A stretch of 23,752 nucleotides of DNA from a virus. This document shows, piece after piece, positions 6,111-15,885 of this stretch. The number at the start of each line of letters is the position of its first letter. Within the stretch, counting starts at the first letter, position 1. The notes beneath the pieces were generated by a model, which was given only the letters and a program-made list of their open reading frames with translations, was not told the origin of the DNA and made no database searches. Both the position numbers and the translations under genes were made by a program. The stretch is from UHGV virus genome UHGV-0369329. One strand, written 5' to 3'.

Positions 6111-7079
6111 TTAGATTTCTGGTTTCATTCTTCCGAAAACCTTTTCTATTCCTTTTTCGTATTCTTCTCTTGTCTCACTCATCGCTGCGACACCAAGAAG
6201 CTTACCGATATGCTGACGCAAAGCCTTGACACCAATTTCAGAAAGGAACAGATGCAACTTATCAGATTGTTTTCCGTTCTCGTCTCGGCTGGCTCTAATT
6301 TGTTCAAGGATTTTACCTTTACTCTTTGCTAGCGGGGTGTATATCTGCATGTTGGTTAGCTGCCCAAAACGAATAGGCCGTCCTTTCTCTGGCCTATTCA
6401 GGCCGTACAGTCGATACCACTCCTCGTATAGCTCATCTGGAAATTCCTTTTCATATTGACGAGCCTCTTCACGAACAAACGCTTTGAACTCGTCAATGAC
6501 AGCCTGAACTTCTGGACGATAACCAGCAAGCGCATACGCAACCCCCTTAATTCCCGCCTTAGCGGAGGCATTAATAAGTCTCTGTGCTGCGGCGGCTGCC
6601 TTTAACCGTGATTGTGGTAGATCGTCATTATCTTTGGCTTCTATTAGTGCCCTACCAATATCAACAATTGCTGTAATGTCATAACCTAACGCTTGATGAA
6701 CGGTTTTAGACTTCGAAGTAAGTTGAAATTTATAGGGATTTTCCATTTTTCGCTGCAATTCTAGATCTCGGTATTTGCTCATATACTGAGCGCCAAGCAG
6801 TTGATCTAAATCCCTGGCATGTTCACCAATCCCTAGCAACTGAGATAATCCAGTTTTCGTAACAACGACAGTTTTCGACTCGTCATCCAGTACATAACAT
6901 TCAGCATCAATGCCAAAATCATCTAAAAAGTTACCACGATGAGTTGCCCTGAGAATCTTACTTTTCCATCTTGCAGCAGCTGCTTTCTTTGCTATTTCAG
7001 AACGCTGCTCTTTAGTCAGCGACTTTGCGCGAGCGATCCCGCCCTTAGCTTTCCCTTCGCCACTTTTCTTTTCAGTCAT
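6111..7079 (-). CDS. Hypothetical 322-aa protein in the sieA/accessory slot; basic N-terminus with HTH-like SEIAKKAAAARW motif
   Basis: Start moved to the ATG at 7079 (MTEKKSGEGKAKGGIARAKSLTKEQRSEIAKKAAAARW...). Hydrophilic with no obvious TM segment. Not recognisable as any P22 structural protein. A possible P63C-type assignment is only a vague recollection. Confidence 0.55.
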   Translation of the reverse strand: MTEKKSGEGKAKGGIARAKSLTKEQRSEIAKKAAAARWKSKILRATHRGNFLDDFGIDAECYVLDDESKTVVVTKTGLSQLLGIGEHARDLDQLLGAQYMSKYRDLELQRKMENPYKFQLTSKSKTVHQALGYDITAIVDIGRALIEAKDNDDLPQSRLKAAAAAQRLINASAKAGIKGVAYALAGYRPEVQAVIDEFKAFVREEARQYEKEFPDELYEEWYRLYGLNRPEKGRPIRFGQLTNMQIYTPLAKSKGKILEQIRASRDENGKQSDKLHLFLSEIGVKALRQHIGKLLGVAAMSETREEYEKGIEKVFGRMKPEI

Positions 7080-7170
7080 AATGCAAGCACCTTTGTTGTG
7101 ATGTATGCTTGCATTATATACACTGTACACACATACAAGCAAGCATAAAGCTAAAACAAAATGCTTGCAT
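7080..7170. repeat. Four copies of a TGCTTGCATTA / ATGCWWGCAT motif in alternating orientation in a divergent intergenic region
   Basis: ATGCAAGCAC at 7081-7090 (reverse), ATGCTTGCAT at 7105-7114, AAGCAAGCAT at 7137-7146 (reverse, partial), ATGCTTGCAT at 7161-7170. Copies at 7105 and 7161 share ATGCTTGCATTA; the copy at 7081 abuts the start codon of the 322-aa gene. Confidence 0.6.
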
Positions 7171-7235
7171 TACAACCGCGCTACTCCAACTACACATTAT
7201 CATCTGGTATCCTGCGCAAAACTAAGGAGGTTGGT

Positions 7236-7424
7236 GTGAAGAAAAAATTTGTAAACGTTGCAAAGTGCGCAATTTTTATATTTTTTATGACCTTTTACGG
7301 ATTTAGTGCCGGAGAAGGTTTCGATCGTGATGCCAATGCATTCAGTTTCTTTTGTCTGTCTATAGTGGTCATAATTGTATGGGTGGAATTAAAGCAAACA
7401 TTGTTTCATGTGCTAGGGAAATAA
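7236..7424 (+). CDS. Small hydrophobic protein, 62 aa, two predicted TM helices; opposite strand to the late operon
   Basis: GTG start at 7236 preceded by a perfect AAGGAGG RBS (7223-7229) at 6-nt spacing. Product VKKKFVNVAKCAIFIFFMTFYGFSAGEGFDRDANAFSFFCLSIVVIIVWVELKQTLFHVLGK has two hydrophobic stretches. The track ORF starts at ATG 7161, which has no RBS. AT-rich, about 36% GC. Confidence 0.6.
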   Translation: MKKKFVNVAKCAIFIFFMTFYGFSAGEGFDRDANAFSFFCLSIVVIIVWVELKQTLFHVLGK

Positions 7425-7441
7425 CCATCCATGGCATTTAG

Positions 7442-9274
7442 TCACTGCTGTGTTGCCTCAGTGGCAAGCAGCGGTCTGATGGCATTCGCAGCGTTATTCA
7501 GCGCTCTTTCATAGGCTGGCGTTCCTGCTTTGGTGTTTGCCAGACGTAAGAGCGCATTCCTGGCCATAGGGCTTTCATAAACCCTCGACATAAGGCCAAT
7601 CCCTGTTTCCCCAGCCAATAGCGCGCCTCCGGTTTTTAGGTTACCAATAACCCTTACCAAAGGCGCGAGTGTCATGCCAGTCTTCGTCACAACATTAGCC
7701 TCAGATGCTCTTTTGGTAGCATCGAGAATAGATAACATCCCCTCTATCTCTTTTCCGTTCTTCCCACCAAATACAGTTTTAAACACCTGACCATTTGCTT
7801 GTTTTTGCAGCTTGCCAAGCTCGGTCATCATTTTCTGAGGGCTGTCACCTACCTTGTCAGCTATTTTGCTGATATATGCCGCCCTTAGCATGTCTTTACC
7901 TTTTTGATCGAGTTTCCCGTACAATCGAGCTATATCTGACCCATATTGTCCATACACAATGGTATTTACAGCCTCGGGAGTTAAATCTCCTTTGTTTAGA
8001 ACGTTTTTAAGGCGCGTTTGAGTTGCATGTGTTGCCATTTTTGCATAATCAGCTTTTCCCGCTCTCCATGCTGAAGCATCTTTTGGGCTAAGTCCTTTCG
8101 CTATAGATTTACTAAGGCTATTGGTTAGCGAGTTATAGACCCTGTCGACCATTGTTTGCGACATTGATGGCAGAACTGTACGATCGCCTTTTACGTCAAT
8201 GCGGAACTGAGTTCTCAGCTTATCAAGTAACTCAAAGGCATCATCTCCATTTGTTATCTCCTGAATGGCATTCTTATAATCATTAAGCGCAGAAATGGTC
8301 TGGGTGTCAGAAACACCTTTAAGTTTCCCAAGTTCGTTTACTGCTCCGTCGATAGCTCTTATGGCGCCACTTGTATCAACTGGCTTTCCAACCATTCTTC
8401 CTGACAGGCTGTTTAGTTTTGACTTGGCTAACGATTTTTCCCTTGCAACGCCTGACTTTAGACTATCAACGACTACAGATGGATCGTAGTCGCCGTATTT
8501 TTCGGTGAAGCGATTAACAAGCTTGGTTCTGGCATCCTGCTGTGCGGCTCTCATTGGTCCAGTACCAGCTATGACTCCTTCTGAGTAACCCTGCAGTTGA
8601 TTGCCAAGTTTTGTTTTTGGAGGAACTACATCCGATGTCATAACTGGTACATCTGCCGCAGCGGCACGCTTGAGCAATTGCTGATCTGCTGGTGATATTT
8701 CGCCACGAACAGCAGTAATTCCACGCCCTATTCCCTTTGCTGCTGCGGAAAGAACCCCCTGAGCGGCAAGGTTAACTCCGGCATTTTTAGCTGCATTTTG
8801 TGCGAAATCGCCTTCCTGATTTGCGGCCTCTGCCAGTGATCCAATAGCCATGCTTCCTGCCGTTCCAACTCCTGGAACTAAATACCCGCCAATTGTTTCT
8901 CCAGCTTGCGCATAAGGGTCTGTTGGTCGATCTACTGGACGATAGACATCGTCCAAAACCTTGGGGCCACCAAGCCCCTGGCTGATTGCATTAATCAGAC
9001 TTGCGCCACCCTGCAATACGTCAAATGGTATGTTTACCAGACCACGACCAGCCTGCTCTGCAATTTGCCCTGCACTTTGACCACCAGTGAGCCAATCGCC
9101 AGCTTGTTGCATCAATGATGGTTCTTCCCGTGTTGGTGCATTATTGTCCTGATTAACTGTTTGTTGCTGAACAGCCTGACCAGCAAAATACTCATCAATG
9201 GCGGTGCCAATATCTTCCGTGCTCGTACCATCAGGGAAGGTAAATGTCTTACCGTTTGCAGTTACTTTCATCAT
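7442..9274 (-). CDS. Ejection (injection) protein, P22 gp16 homologue, 610 aa
   Basis: Size and position (last gene of the virion module, after the gp20 homologue) match P22 gene 16 (609 aa). Assignment is by synteny and length rather than recalled sequence. Confidence 0.8.
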   Translation of the reverse strand: MMKVTANGKTFTFPDGTSTEDIGTAIDEYFAGQAVQQQTVNQDNNAPTREEPSLMQQAGDWLTGGQSAGQIAEQAGRGLVNIPFDVLQGGASLINAISQGLGGPKVLDDVYRPVDRPTDPYAQAGETIGGYLVPGVGTAGSMAIGSLAEAANQEGDFAQNAAKNAGVNLAAQGVLSAAAKGIGRGITAVRGEISPADQQLLKRAAAADVPVMTSDVVPPKTKLGNQLQGYSEGVIAGTGPMRAAQQDARTKLVNRFTEKYGDYDPSVVVDSLKSGVAREKSLAKSKLNSLSGRMVGKPVDTSGAIRAIDGAVNELGKLKGVSDTQTISALNDYKNAIQEITNGDDAFELLDKLRTQFRIDVKGDRTVLPSMSQTMVDRVYNSLTNSLSKSIAKGLSPKDASAWRAGKADYAKMATHATQTRLKNVLNKGDLTPEAVNTIVYGQYGSDIARLYGKLDQKGKDMLRAAYISKIADKVGDSPQKMMTELGKLQKQANGQVFKTVFGGKNGKEIEGMLSILDATKRASEANVVTKTGMTLAPLVRVIGNLKTGGALLAGETGIGLMSRVYESPMARNALLRLANTKAGTPAYERALNNAANAIRPLLATEATQQ

Positions 9275-10650
9275 TCCACCGTAAATTGAATGCCTGATTT
9301 TGACGTGTAGCTACCTCCTGCTGATTGCTGAGTAGCTGGCTGTTGCCTTGATGATTTCTTCCCGCCATTACCGACATTAACGTTATATTGCTGGTTGTAA
9401 TTGTCGGTATATTGCTGAATGTCGCGCATTGATTGTTGCAGTGCTTCAGGGCTTGAGAAATCAACCTGTGGCATACCTTGAAAATACATCTTTGCTTCTG
9501 CAACGGTGTTGATACCGGATGCCCCCATGTCTCTGGCTGCTGCAATGCCCTGATTCTGCATCTTTCCTTGGATTCGCTGTGCAGCGTTGTATAGTTTCCT
9601 CTGATCACCACCAGATGCACGGCTACGAATATCTGCACCAAGAGCAGGAGAACCTGAAGAGCCTGTAATGCCAGTCATGAAGCCAAGATCGTCAATTGAT
9701 GCACCAGAAATTGCATCAAGATCTTTCTTCATTGCGTAATTCTGCGCGCTTGCTGCCGATGTAGCCGGAGCGGCAATAGAGCCAGCAGGAACGCGAACCA
9801 TATTCCCCTCGTTGTCGATACCTTCGTAGAACGCATTAGCCCCAGCGCCGTGAAGCTTCCCGCCTACCGTTACAGTTCTGCCATCTGCTAACTGAACTGT
9901 ACGCTCATTATTCCCAACCGCCCCTTTCATTGATGCTCTCTGCATCGATAAATCCTGACCGCGCATCGTGATATTCTGACCACGCGCTGTTAGCGCCTCG
10001 CCAGCCTGATTGCTGCGGATTGTCTCTGCCAGTCTGCCTCGGTCAATCTCACGACCAGCTATCTTGTCCTGAACAGCAAACGCCTTTTCTGGTCCAAGCG
10101 CACCGAGAGACATAGTAGTCAGCATGTGTGATAGCTGCTCTGGATTCTGAATACCTGTCTGAATCATCCAGTCAGCATTCGCCCCCACGCGATTTAACCT
10201 GTCCTTGTTATCAGTAATGAATTTACTGTAGGCTTCCGGTCCCTGAGAAAGAGCGACGTTAGCCCTCATGGCTAAATCGCCCATATCGTTGCGTTGCTGC
10301 TCATTAAGACCGGAAAACGCCTGTTGTGCCTGTGCAACAAACGCTGGATTTTTCTGGGCAAACTTAAATAGTCCCGATGGATCACCAGAAGCCCATGCAT
10401 CAGCGTGAACCTTATTGAACGCCCTAATAGCTTTCTGTTGCTGTTCCTGATTGTAAATATCAGCAACTCCAGCCAGACCACGTAACGCGGTCAGACCAAC
10501 GTTATTTGCACCTGATCGAGCCAATTCATTGTTTTCGCGGATCAGACCAAGCGTTGCGTTAATGTCGCTTACCTTTGGCGCATTCTCATTTTGCGTACCG
10601 ATGCCAGCCAGAAAACCACCAGAATTAATACCCTGTTGCCACGTAGCCAT
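9271..10650 (-). CDS. Ejection protein, P22 gp20 homologue, 459 aa
   Basis: Synteny (between gp7 and gp16 homologues), size close to P22 gp20, ATGA overlap with the downstream gene. Confidence 0.8.
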   Translation of the reverse strand: MATWQQGINSGGFLAGIGTQNENAPKVSDINATLGLIRENNELARSGANNVGLTALRGLAGVADIYNQEQQQKAIRAFNKVHADAWASGDPSGLFKFAQKNPAFVAQAQQAFSGLNEQQRNDMGDLAMRANVALSQGPEAYSKFITDNKDRLNRVGANADWMIQTGIQNPEQLSHMLTTMSLGALGPEKAFAVQDKIAGREIDRGRLAETIRSNQAGEALTARGQNITMRGQDLSMQRASMKGAVGNNERTVQLADGRTVTVGGKLHGAGANAFYEGIDNEGNMVRVPAGSIAAPATSAASAQNYAMKKDLDAISGASIDDLGFMTGITGSSGSPALGADIRSRASGGDQRKLYNAAQRIQGKMQNQGIAAARDMGASGINTVAEAKMYFQGMPQVDFSSPEALQQSMRDIQQYTDNYNQQYNVNVGNGGKKSSRQQPATQQSAGGSYTSKSGIQFTVE

Positions 10651-10659
10651 GATTACCCC

Positions 10660-11355
10660 TTAAAACAACGAGCCAAGCAGACCAAGACCGCCACCAACAG
10701 CGGCACCAATACCAGTACCAATACCAGGAACAATGCTGCCAAGTTGTGCTCCAGCAATTGCTCCAGAGGCAGCCCCGCCTATTGCAGATTGAAGGCCGGA
10801 AGGTCTATTAGCGTTTGCCGCCGCCAGTGCCGCGCTTTGCTGTGAAATCTGGCTCATGTTGTTGGCATATGTTTGCCCGGCGTTTGCCTGACCTTGCAGC
10901 GCACCAAGCCCAACGTTTGCCAGATTGTTGTAATTGTTCATCTGATTTGATAACCAAGACTGACCGAGTGTCGGCGCGATCGTAGCCAGTTGATTGCTTG
11001 TGGCTGTCGAACCAAGTCCGCCAGTCGCTTCCGCAGCAGCAAGACTCTGGTAACGAGCCTGACCTGCAAGGTCTTTATACTGCTGAGAATTGTAATACTG
11101 ATTAAGTGCCTGCCCCTGACCTTCTAAACTGGAAAGATTCTGAAGCTGGTTAACATACTGCTCCGCAAGCGGCGTGAACGGAGCAAGGTTTTTCATGATC
11201 GTCTGCCACTGCTGATTTTGCAGGTCTGCGGCATACTTCTGAGCTTCTGCGGCATACTTTGCGCTTTTATCAGAACTGCCACCTTTCCCGCCTTTTTCAG
11301 GGCAATAAGGTTCCTCGCCGCGCAGTTTTCTGCCCAGCTTAAATGCATATAACAT
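10660..11355 (-). CDS. Ejection protein, P22 gp7 homologue, 231 aa
   Basis: Synteny and size (P22 gp7 about 229 aa); Q/A/G-rich low-complexity body. Confidence 0.75.
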   Translation of the reverse strand: MLYAFKLGRKLRGEEPYCPEKGGKGGSSDKSAKYAAEAQKYAADLQNQQWQTIMKNLAPFTPLAEQYVNQLQNLSSLEGQGQALNQYYNSQQYKDLAGQARYQSLAAAEATGGLGSTATSNQLATIAPTLGQSWLSNQMNNYNNLANVGLGALQGQANAGQTYANNMSQISQQSAALAAANANRPSGLQSAIGGAASGAIAGAQLGSIVPGIGTGIGAAVGGGLGLLGSLF

Positions 11356-11357
11356 GG

Positions 11358-11813
11358 CTATCTCCCGTGATTCAGGAAGTCGATTAGTTCTTCGCGTGTG
11401 GCGCTGTAAAACGTCACGTCATCCACGCCTTTGAAGTATTTCTTGATGGTTCCTACACGCTTAAGGCCAATCATTGCGCAGTACATCTGACCGTGGCGGA
11501 ATTTTCGCGCAGCGAACGATGTGACGCACTGAACGGTGGTGTTAGTCAGAATGTATCGCCAGAACGCCAGCCCGATTTCCTTGCTGAATCCACGAACCTC
11601 TGGCAGGTACATGGCGTGGCAATCGAATGTCAGCGGCTGAATCTCCTGATAGTAAACAATGCCGCCAAACTGACCGTGCACGTTAACCTCAAAGTAACGG
11701 CATTCAGGCTTGTAGTCGTATCCATCACCGTTGTTGCTCCCGGCAATAATGTCAGGGTGATTTCCGACTGCTTCTATCAGGTCGATGTTTCGCGTTGGTT
11801 TGAATGTAATCAT
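11358..11813 (-). CDS. P22 gp14-position protein, 151 aa
   Basis: Located between the needle (gp26) and gp7 homologues, as gene 14 is in P22. Assignment by position only. Confidence 0.6.
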   Translation of the reverse strand: MITFKPTRNIDLIEAVGNHPDIIAGSNNGDGYDYKPECRYFEVNVHGQFGGIVYYQEIQPLTFDCHAMYLPEVRGFSKEIGLAFWRYILTNTTVQCVTSFAARKFRHGQMYCAMIGLKRVGTIKKYFKGVDDVTFYSATREELIDFLNHGR

Positions 11814-12514
11814 CAGTCAATCAGCCCATGTAATCTAAGTGCTGTTTCAAGCGCCAGAATACGCTGCCGCGCCTGCTGCAAACCTGTAGCGAGAGCTGCG
11901 ACTTCGGATTGTGTGTACGTAGTGCCGACCGTGTATGACTGGTTAGCATTGAATGAGCCAAGAAGTGGCGTACCTGTGGCTGCAGTCCATCCGGTATTTC
12001 TTGCTCCAACAACCTGAATTCCATCAACTGAATATGATGTTTTTACATCCAGCGGTGACTCAAGAGACTGCAATTCGGTTACGGTTTTCGATACGTAATC
12101 ACTCTTAATGCCAGAGACATCGTTTTCTACGTCATCCAGTCTTTGGTCAACAGTGAGCAGATGCGCCTGAATATCGATAACCTCATCCAGCAAGTAATCA
12201 ACATCGCTACGCAGTACGACTATCTTCCCTTCGGCGGTTGTTAACCTGACCTCAAGGAGATTTATCGCTTTTGTGTTTGCGGTGATTCTTGCATCGTGGT
12301 CGGCCAGTTCGACATCCTGTTCATCGTTTTTCACCTGAGCATCGTAAGCGCCCTGACCAGCCTGATTTGCCTTCCCGGCAATTGCGCCGACATCAGCCCC
12401 CTGATTAATGACATACAGCAGGTAAGACTGGCTGAATATATTGCGTGGAAGGATTGAAGCATCAAGGCGCGTAGCCTGAACCACAACAGGATCATTCAGT
12501 GATGAATCAACCAT
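11813..12514 (-). CDS. Tail needle, P22 gp26 homologue, 233 aa
   Basis: [36 protein letters not shown]...[35 protein letters not shown]...LRLHGLID closely matches the P22 gp26 N-terminal and C-terminal sequence as I recall it. Confidence 0.9.
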   Translation of the reverse strand: MVDSSLNDPVVVQATRLDASILPRNIFSQSYLLYVINQGADVGAIAGKANQAGQGAYDAQVKNDEQDVELADHDARITANTKAINLLEVRLTTAEGKIVVLRSDVDYLLDEVIDIQAHLLTVDQRLDDVENDVSGIKSDYVSKTVTELQSLESPLDVKTSYSVDGIQVVGARNTGWTAATGTPLLGSFNANQSYTVGTTYTQSEVAALATGLQQARQRILALETALRLHGLID

Positions 12515-13932
12515 TACTCAATCCTTATCTGGCAGCCAGACAGAGTTACAGGTGACTTCGTGATAACACGCAATTTGAAGCCGACATTTTTCCTGATGCG
12601 CCCGACTCGCTTCCACAAAACGCGTTTGTCGTAAACGAACGGTTCATTCTGCTCAATCATCTGCTCACGCCCGTAATTTATGCCGTCAGTGGTTGCAGAG
12701 AGAAAAAGGCGGTCAGCGTACTGCGCAACGCCAGTTGACGATTCAACCTCAAGGTCGAACACTCTGGCGTTATCTGCTTTGAACAACGGAGTAAACAGCA
12801 GATGTTCCTGTTGCTTGTCGTACTGGCTGCTGATATCGAATTGCAATTTCCCGGTCACCGATTCCAGCTTATCGCCGCACGTTATCTGATTGCCTTCGTA
12901 AATGAAGTCGATAGCGCGGTACACATCGTCATACAGGCCTGTTTTCAGCACACACCATTGCGGACCACTGGCGCTTGAAGATGCGTCGTACACGAGAACA
13001 TGGCGCGGAAGGTGGATAATCAGCAGCTCATGAGCATCAAACCGCAACGATTCCATCACGCCATCAGCCAGTTCATCAGCAGTGTAGGAGCGGAGGATTT
13101 TCTCAATGCTCGCGCTGGCGATTGGTGACACCTGACCGGAGCCGATGATGTATACAGACGGCGCACCTGTTGCCGGATTGCTGATGAACGCATACGAATC
13201 AGCAAACGGCGTTTTGCAGTAAGTTCCGGCAATGCCTTTCTGCACCATCAGCGATGGTTGTGCAACATACAAAGCAGCACCAACGGTGGTTGCACCAGTC
13301 AGGGAAAAATATTCAATCGTCGATGAACCAAAACAGACGATGAAATCTCGCCATGTGCCGATACCGATGATGCCGTCAGGCTGAGACTCGGCACGATATT
13401 GTGCGCTGTAACGGTCAGGATGCGATTCGTCTTCAGGGTCAGTGATAAACCATGAATCCGTGCCGTCTTTTGACCACGCATAACGCCCACGTAAGCGTGT
13501 AATGTCGCGGACTGAGCCTAACTCATACTGCGTGAATCCGCTGTCTGTAGGCCAGTTTGAGACGGTTTTAACCGTACCATCATAGCGATACTCGACCAGT
13601 TGACCATTAACGCCTACAGCCTGTGATGTCCGACCATGTGCCATTGATACGCGACCACTTCCGGCGACGTCACCGACTTCGCTTTCGCCTTTATAGAGCT
13701 TGCCGCCACACACACGATAAACAGCATTCTGCGCCATGTTGTACTCGACGCCGCGAGATGCACCGTTCACATCAGAACGTTTGGCAATGCCCGGGAATGA
13801 GCGAAGATATCCGCTGCTGTTCAGGATTTCTTTGGGTGTAGCCAACATATTCACTGGCAGATAGTCGATATAGTCGGCGTTTCGAAAGTCTTTGCCGACA
13901 CCTTTCATAAGCGGAAGTTGCTGAATCGGCAT
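12514..13932 (-). CDS. Tail hub/head-completion protein, P22 gp10 homologue, 472 aa
   Basis: Exactly the length of P22 gp10 and syntenic between gp4 and gp26 homologues. Confidence 0.8.
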   Translation of the reverse strand: MPIQQLPLMKGVGKDFRNADYIDYLPVNMLATPKEILNSSGYLRSFPGIAKRSDVNGASRGVEYNMAQNAVYRVCGGKLYKGESEVGDVAGSGRVSMAHGRTSQAVGVNGQLVEYRYDGTVKTVSNWPTDSGFTQYELGSVRDITRLRGRYAWSKDGTDSWFITDPEDESHPDRYSAQYRAESQPDGIIGIGTWRDFIVCFGSSTIEYFSLTGATTVGAALYVAQPSLMVQKGIAGTYCKTPFADSYAFISNPATGAPSVYIIGSGQVSPIASASIEKILRSYTADELADGVMESLRFDAHELLIIHLPRHVLVYDASSSASGPQWCVLKTGLYDDVYRAIDFIYEGNQITCGDKLESVTGKLQFDISSQYDKQQEHLLFTPLFKADNARVFDLEVESSTGVAQYADRLFLSATTDGINYGREQMIEQNEPFVYDKRVLWKRVGRIRKNVGFKLRVITKSPVTLSGCQIRIE

Positions 13933-13941
13933 TTATTCACC

Positions 13942-14403
13942 TCACGTACTCGGATCATCTTTCTCGATGTAAAACCGATTCCACGTAAACGCGCTTTTGT
14001 TACCACTACCGCGAGGCATGTCATTTCGCCGCTCAAGTGGTGGTATTTTGGTTAAAGCGATACAGATTGTCTGATATGCACTGTCAGCAGCGGTAAGGAG
14101 AACGTCTGACGGCTGAATGACGTTATCCATGCACACTTGCACAGCGAGTTTCAAAGCGACGCCATCATTTGCCCATGCAGGGATACCTGAATCATCGTCA
14201 GGTAACGGCATGATGCCGTTTTCTGTATCCGCAAACTGATATCCAAGCTCGATACCTTTCGCCTGCCATGCTGCCATCATGTCTTCGAGGTCATTAATGG
14301 CATCTTCAATTGCCTGAGGGTCGGCATCTGTCAACGTGGCATTGGAATACAGCCCGGCTTTTCGTAAAGCCTTTAGAACGAGATCACCCTTCGTTTTCGC
14401 CAT
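13942..14403 (-). CDS. Tail adaptor, P22 gp4 homologue, 153 aa
   Basis: MAKTKGDLVLKALRKAGLYSNATLTDADPQAIEDAINDLEDMMAAWQ matches the P22 gp4 N-terminus pattern (KTKGDLV..ALRK.G...ATLTD..PQ...DA.DDLE.MMA.W). Confidence 0.85.
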   Translation of the reverse strand: MAKTKGDLVLKALRKAGLYSNATLTDADPQAIEDAINDLEDMMAAWQAKGIELGYQFADTENGIMPLPDDDSGIPAWANDGVALKLAVQVCMDNVIQPSDVLLTAADSAYQTICIALTKIPPLERRNDMPRGSGNKSAFTWNRFYIEKDDPST

Positions 14404-14572
14404 CTTCTTCCGCCTTAGCCACTTTTTGCTTCGTTGCGGTTTCTTCAGGAGTTTTTACCCAGCCTTTTTTCAGGTTAGATTTAACTTCTTCGTCATCAAC
14501 AATGATGTAATCGACAGCAAACTGACCACAGGTGATCATGTTGCCAGGCTTATAGAGCATTGTTCGTGCCAT
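14384..14572 (-). CDS. Small hypothetical protein between coat and gp4, 62 aa
   Basis: Start moved to the ATG at 14572 (MARTMLYKPGNMITCGQFAVDYIIVDDEEV...) with a GGGAGAAG RBS. Overlaps the gp4 start by 20 nt. A small gene at this position is typical of Sf6-like rather than P22 gene order, as far as I recall. Confidence 0.5.
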   Translation of the reverse strand: MARTMLYKPGNMITCGQFAVDYIIVDDEEVKSNLKKGWVKTPEETATKQKVAKAEEDGENEG

Positions 14573-14583
14573 TGTCTTCTCCC

Positions 14584-14607
14584 AATAAAAATGGGGCCGA
14601 AGCCCCA
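14584..14607 (-). terminator. Intrinsic terminator immediately downstream of the coat gene
   Basis: On the minus strand: TGGGGC-ttcg-GCCCCA followed by ATTTTTATT, beginning 7 nt after the coat stop codon and directly before the RBS of the next gene. Confidence 0.7.
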
Positions 14608-14613
14608 CCAAAA

Positions 14614-15867
14614 TTACTGCCCGGCAATAACGATGCCCGTATATTCAGGAACAAGTACAGAGCAACCGTACAGAGTGGTGAAACGAGCAGTGGTTACGCC
14701 TTTGATGTGGTCGAAGGCGTAAGACATGATCAGCGTAGCGCCCTGCTCTGTGGTTGCTGTCATTACCTGTGGACCCTGACCAGTCGGGAACGCCAGTTTG
14801 CCGTACATCAGCTCAACAGAACCATCAGCCCAGAACAGGTTAGCAGGTGCTGCGTTCTTGTTGAGAATGGTGATTGCTGCTGATGCTGCCGGTTTGGCAT
14901 CGACGTTTGCATATGGACGACTCGCAACATCGGTATTTTCAACAGGGAGAATCTTTGGAGAGATTGTTACGGTAGTTCCGCTAACAGCCAGAACACGGAA
15001 TACCTGCGGTTGCCCGGTGGTATCTTTTGTGATCTGGTGTACGGAATTCACACCGGCAATGGTGAACGCATCACCAACCTGCAAGCCAGATGCAGATACC
15101 GTAATAGTCCCCTGTCGGTTATCAACTGGCATACCATTTGAATCTTTCGCTTCAACCTTGTGTTCAGGTTGGCCTGATACTGTCAAGGATTCAGTGCTTC
15201 CTTTCGGTAATCGACCAGAAATATCGGTCTTGTAGCTATCAAAGGAAGCAACCGGAGGGATCTGCGCTTTTTCGTATGCTGTCAGGGTTGCGCCCTGAGC
15301 ATAGGCACGGTGACCAAGCTCGCCAGCAAGGTCTTTGTAGTTGAAGGGGTTCCAGAAAGAGCGACGGTTGATACCCTGCGGTACACCTATCGCCGTCATG
15401 GTGGCATCAATACCTGCCGCACAGTTCCACAGATCACGGCCCTGTGTACCTGTGGTTGAGTCAGCCATCGTGATCACGTTAGTAGCACGCTGCGTAACCA
15501 TGGAAATCAGGTCAGAGTCAATCTGTGCAGCAAGGCGCATACCTGCGGCTCGACCAGCTTCAGTTTTATGTTCCGGGTCACGCATTTCACGCGCATCCAG
15601 AGTGTACAGAATGTTTTTCGGCTCCTTGAACACAGAAGGAACAAGGCGCTGAACCAGTGCTGTTGGCGTTTTGCTGCTGAGATCGAGGCCTTCCTCAATG
15701 TTCATGTGGTAATGCTGCGGACGATACAGAACATCACCTGCTCGCTGCATTGCGGTATCACCGGGACGGAATTTTTTAGCGTTACGGGAAACTACGCAGG
15801 CGGCCTCAAAGCCTTCAACGTAGTTTTCGAACATGATTTCAAGGTCTTTTGCTAATTGGTTAGCCAT
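14614..15867 (-). CDS. Major coat protein, P22 gp5-type, 417 aa
   Basis: Synteny after scaffold; conserved blocks resembling P22 coat (AGVNSVHQITKD versus AGVKFLGQMAKN; NLFWADGSVELM versus NVFWADDAIRIV, from memory). Confidence 0.85.
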   Translation of the reverse strand: MANQLAKDLEIMFENYVEGFEAACVVSRNAKKFRPGDTAMQRAGDVLYRPQHYHMNIEEGLDLSSKTPTALVQRLVPSVFKEPKNILYTLDAREMRDPEHKTEAGRAAGMRLAAQIDSDLISMVTQRATNVITMADSTTGTQGRDLWNCAAGIDATMTAIGVPQGINRRSFWNPFNYKDLAGELGHRAYAQGATLTAYEKAQIPPVASFDSYKTDISGRLPKGSTESLTVSGQPEHKVEAKDSNGMPVDNRQGTITVSASGLQVGDAFTIAGVNSVHQITKDTTGQPQVFRVLAVSGTTVTISPKILPVENTDVASRPYANVDAKPAASAAITILNKNAAPANLFWADGSVELMYGKLAFPTGQGPQVMTATTEQGATLIMSYAFDHIKGVTTARFTTLYGCSVLVPEYTGIVIAGQ

Positions 15868-15885
15868 GCTTAATGCTCCGATAGG

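Noticed and set aside
7161-7235. ATG start at 7161 for the small membrane protein (87-aa version)
   Set aside because: No RBS, and the ATG is part of the repeated ATGCTTGCATTA motif. The GTG at 7236 has a perfect AAGGAGG RBS, so the short form is preferred.
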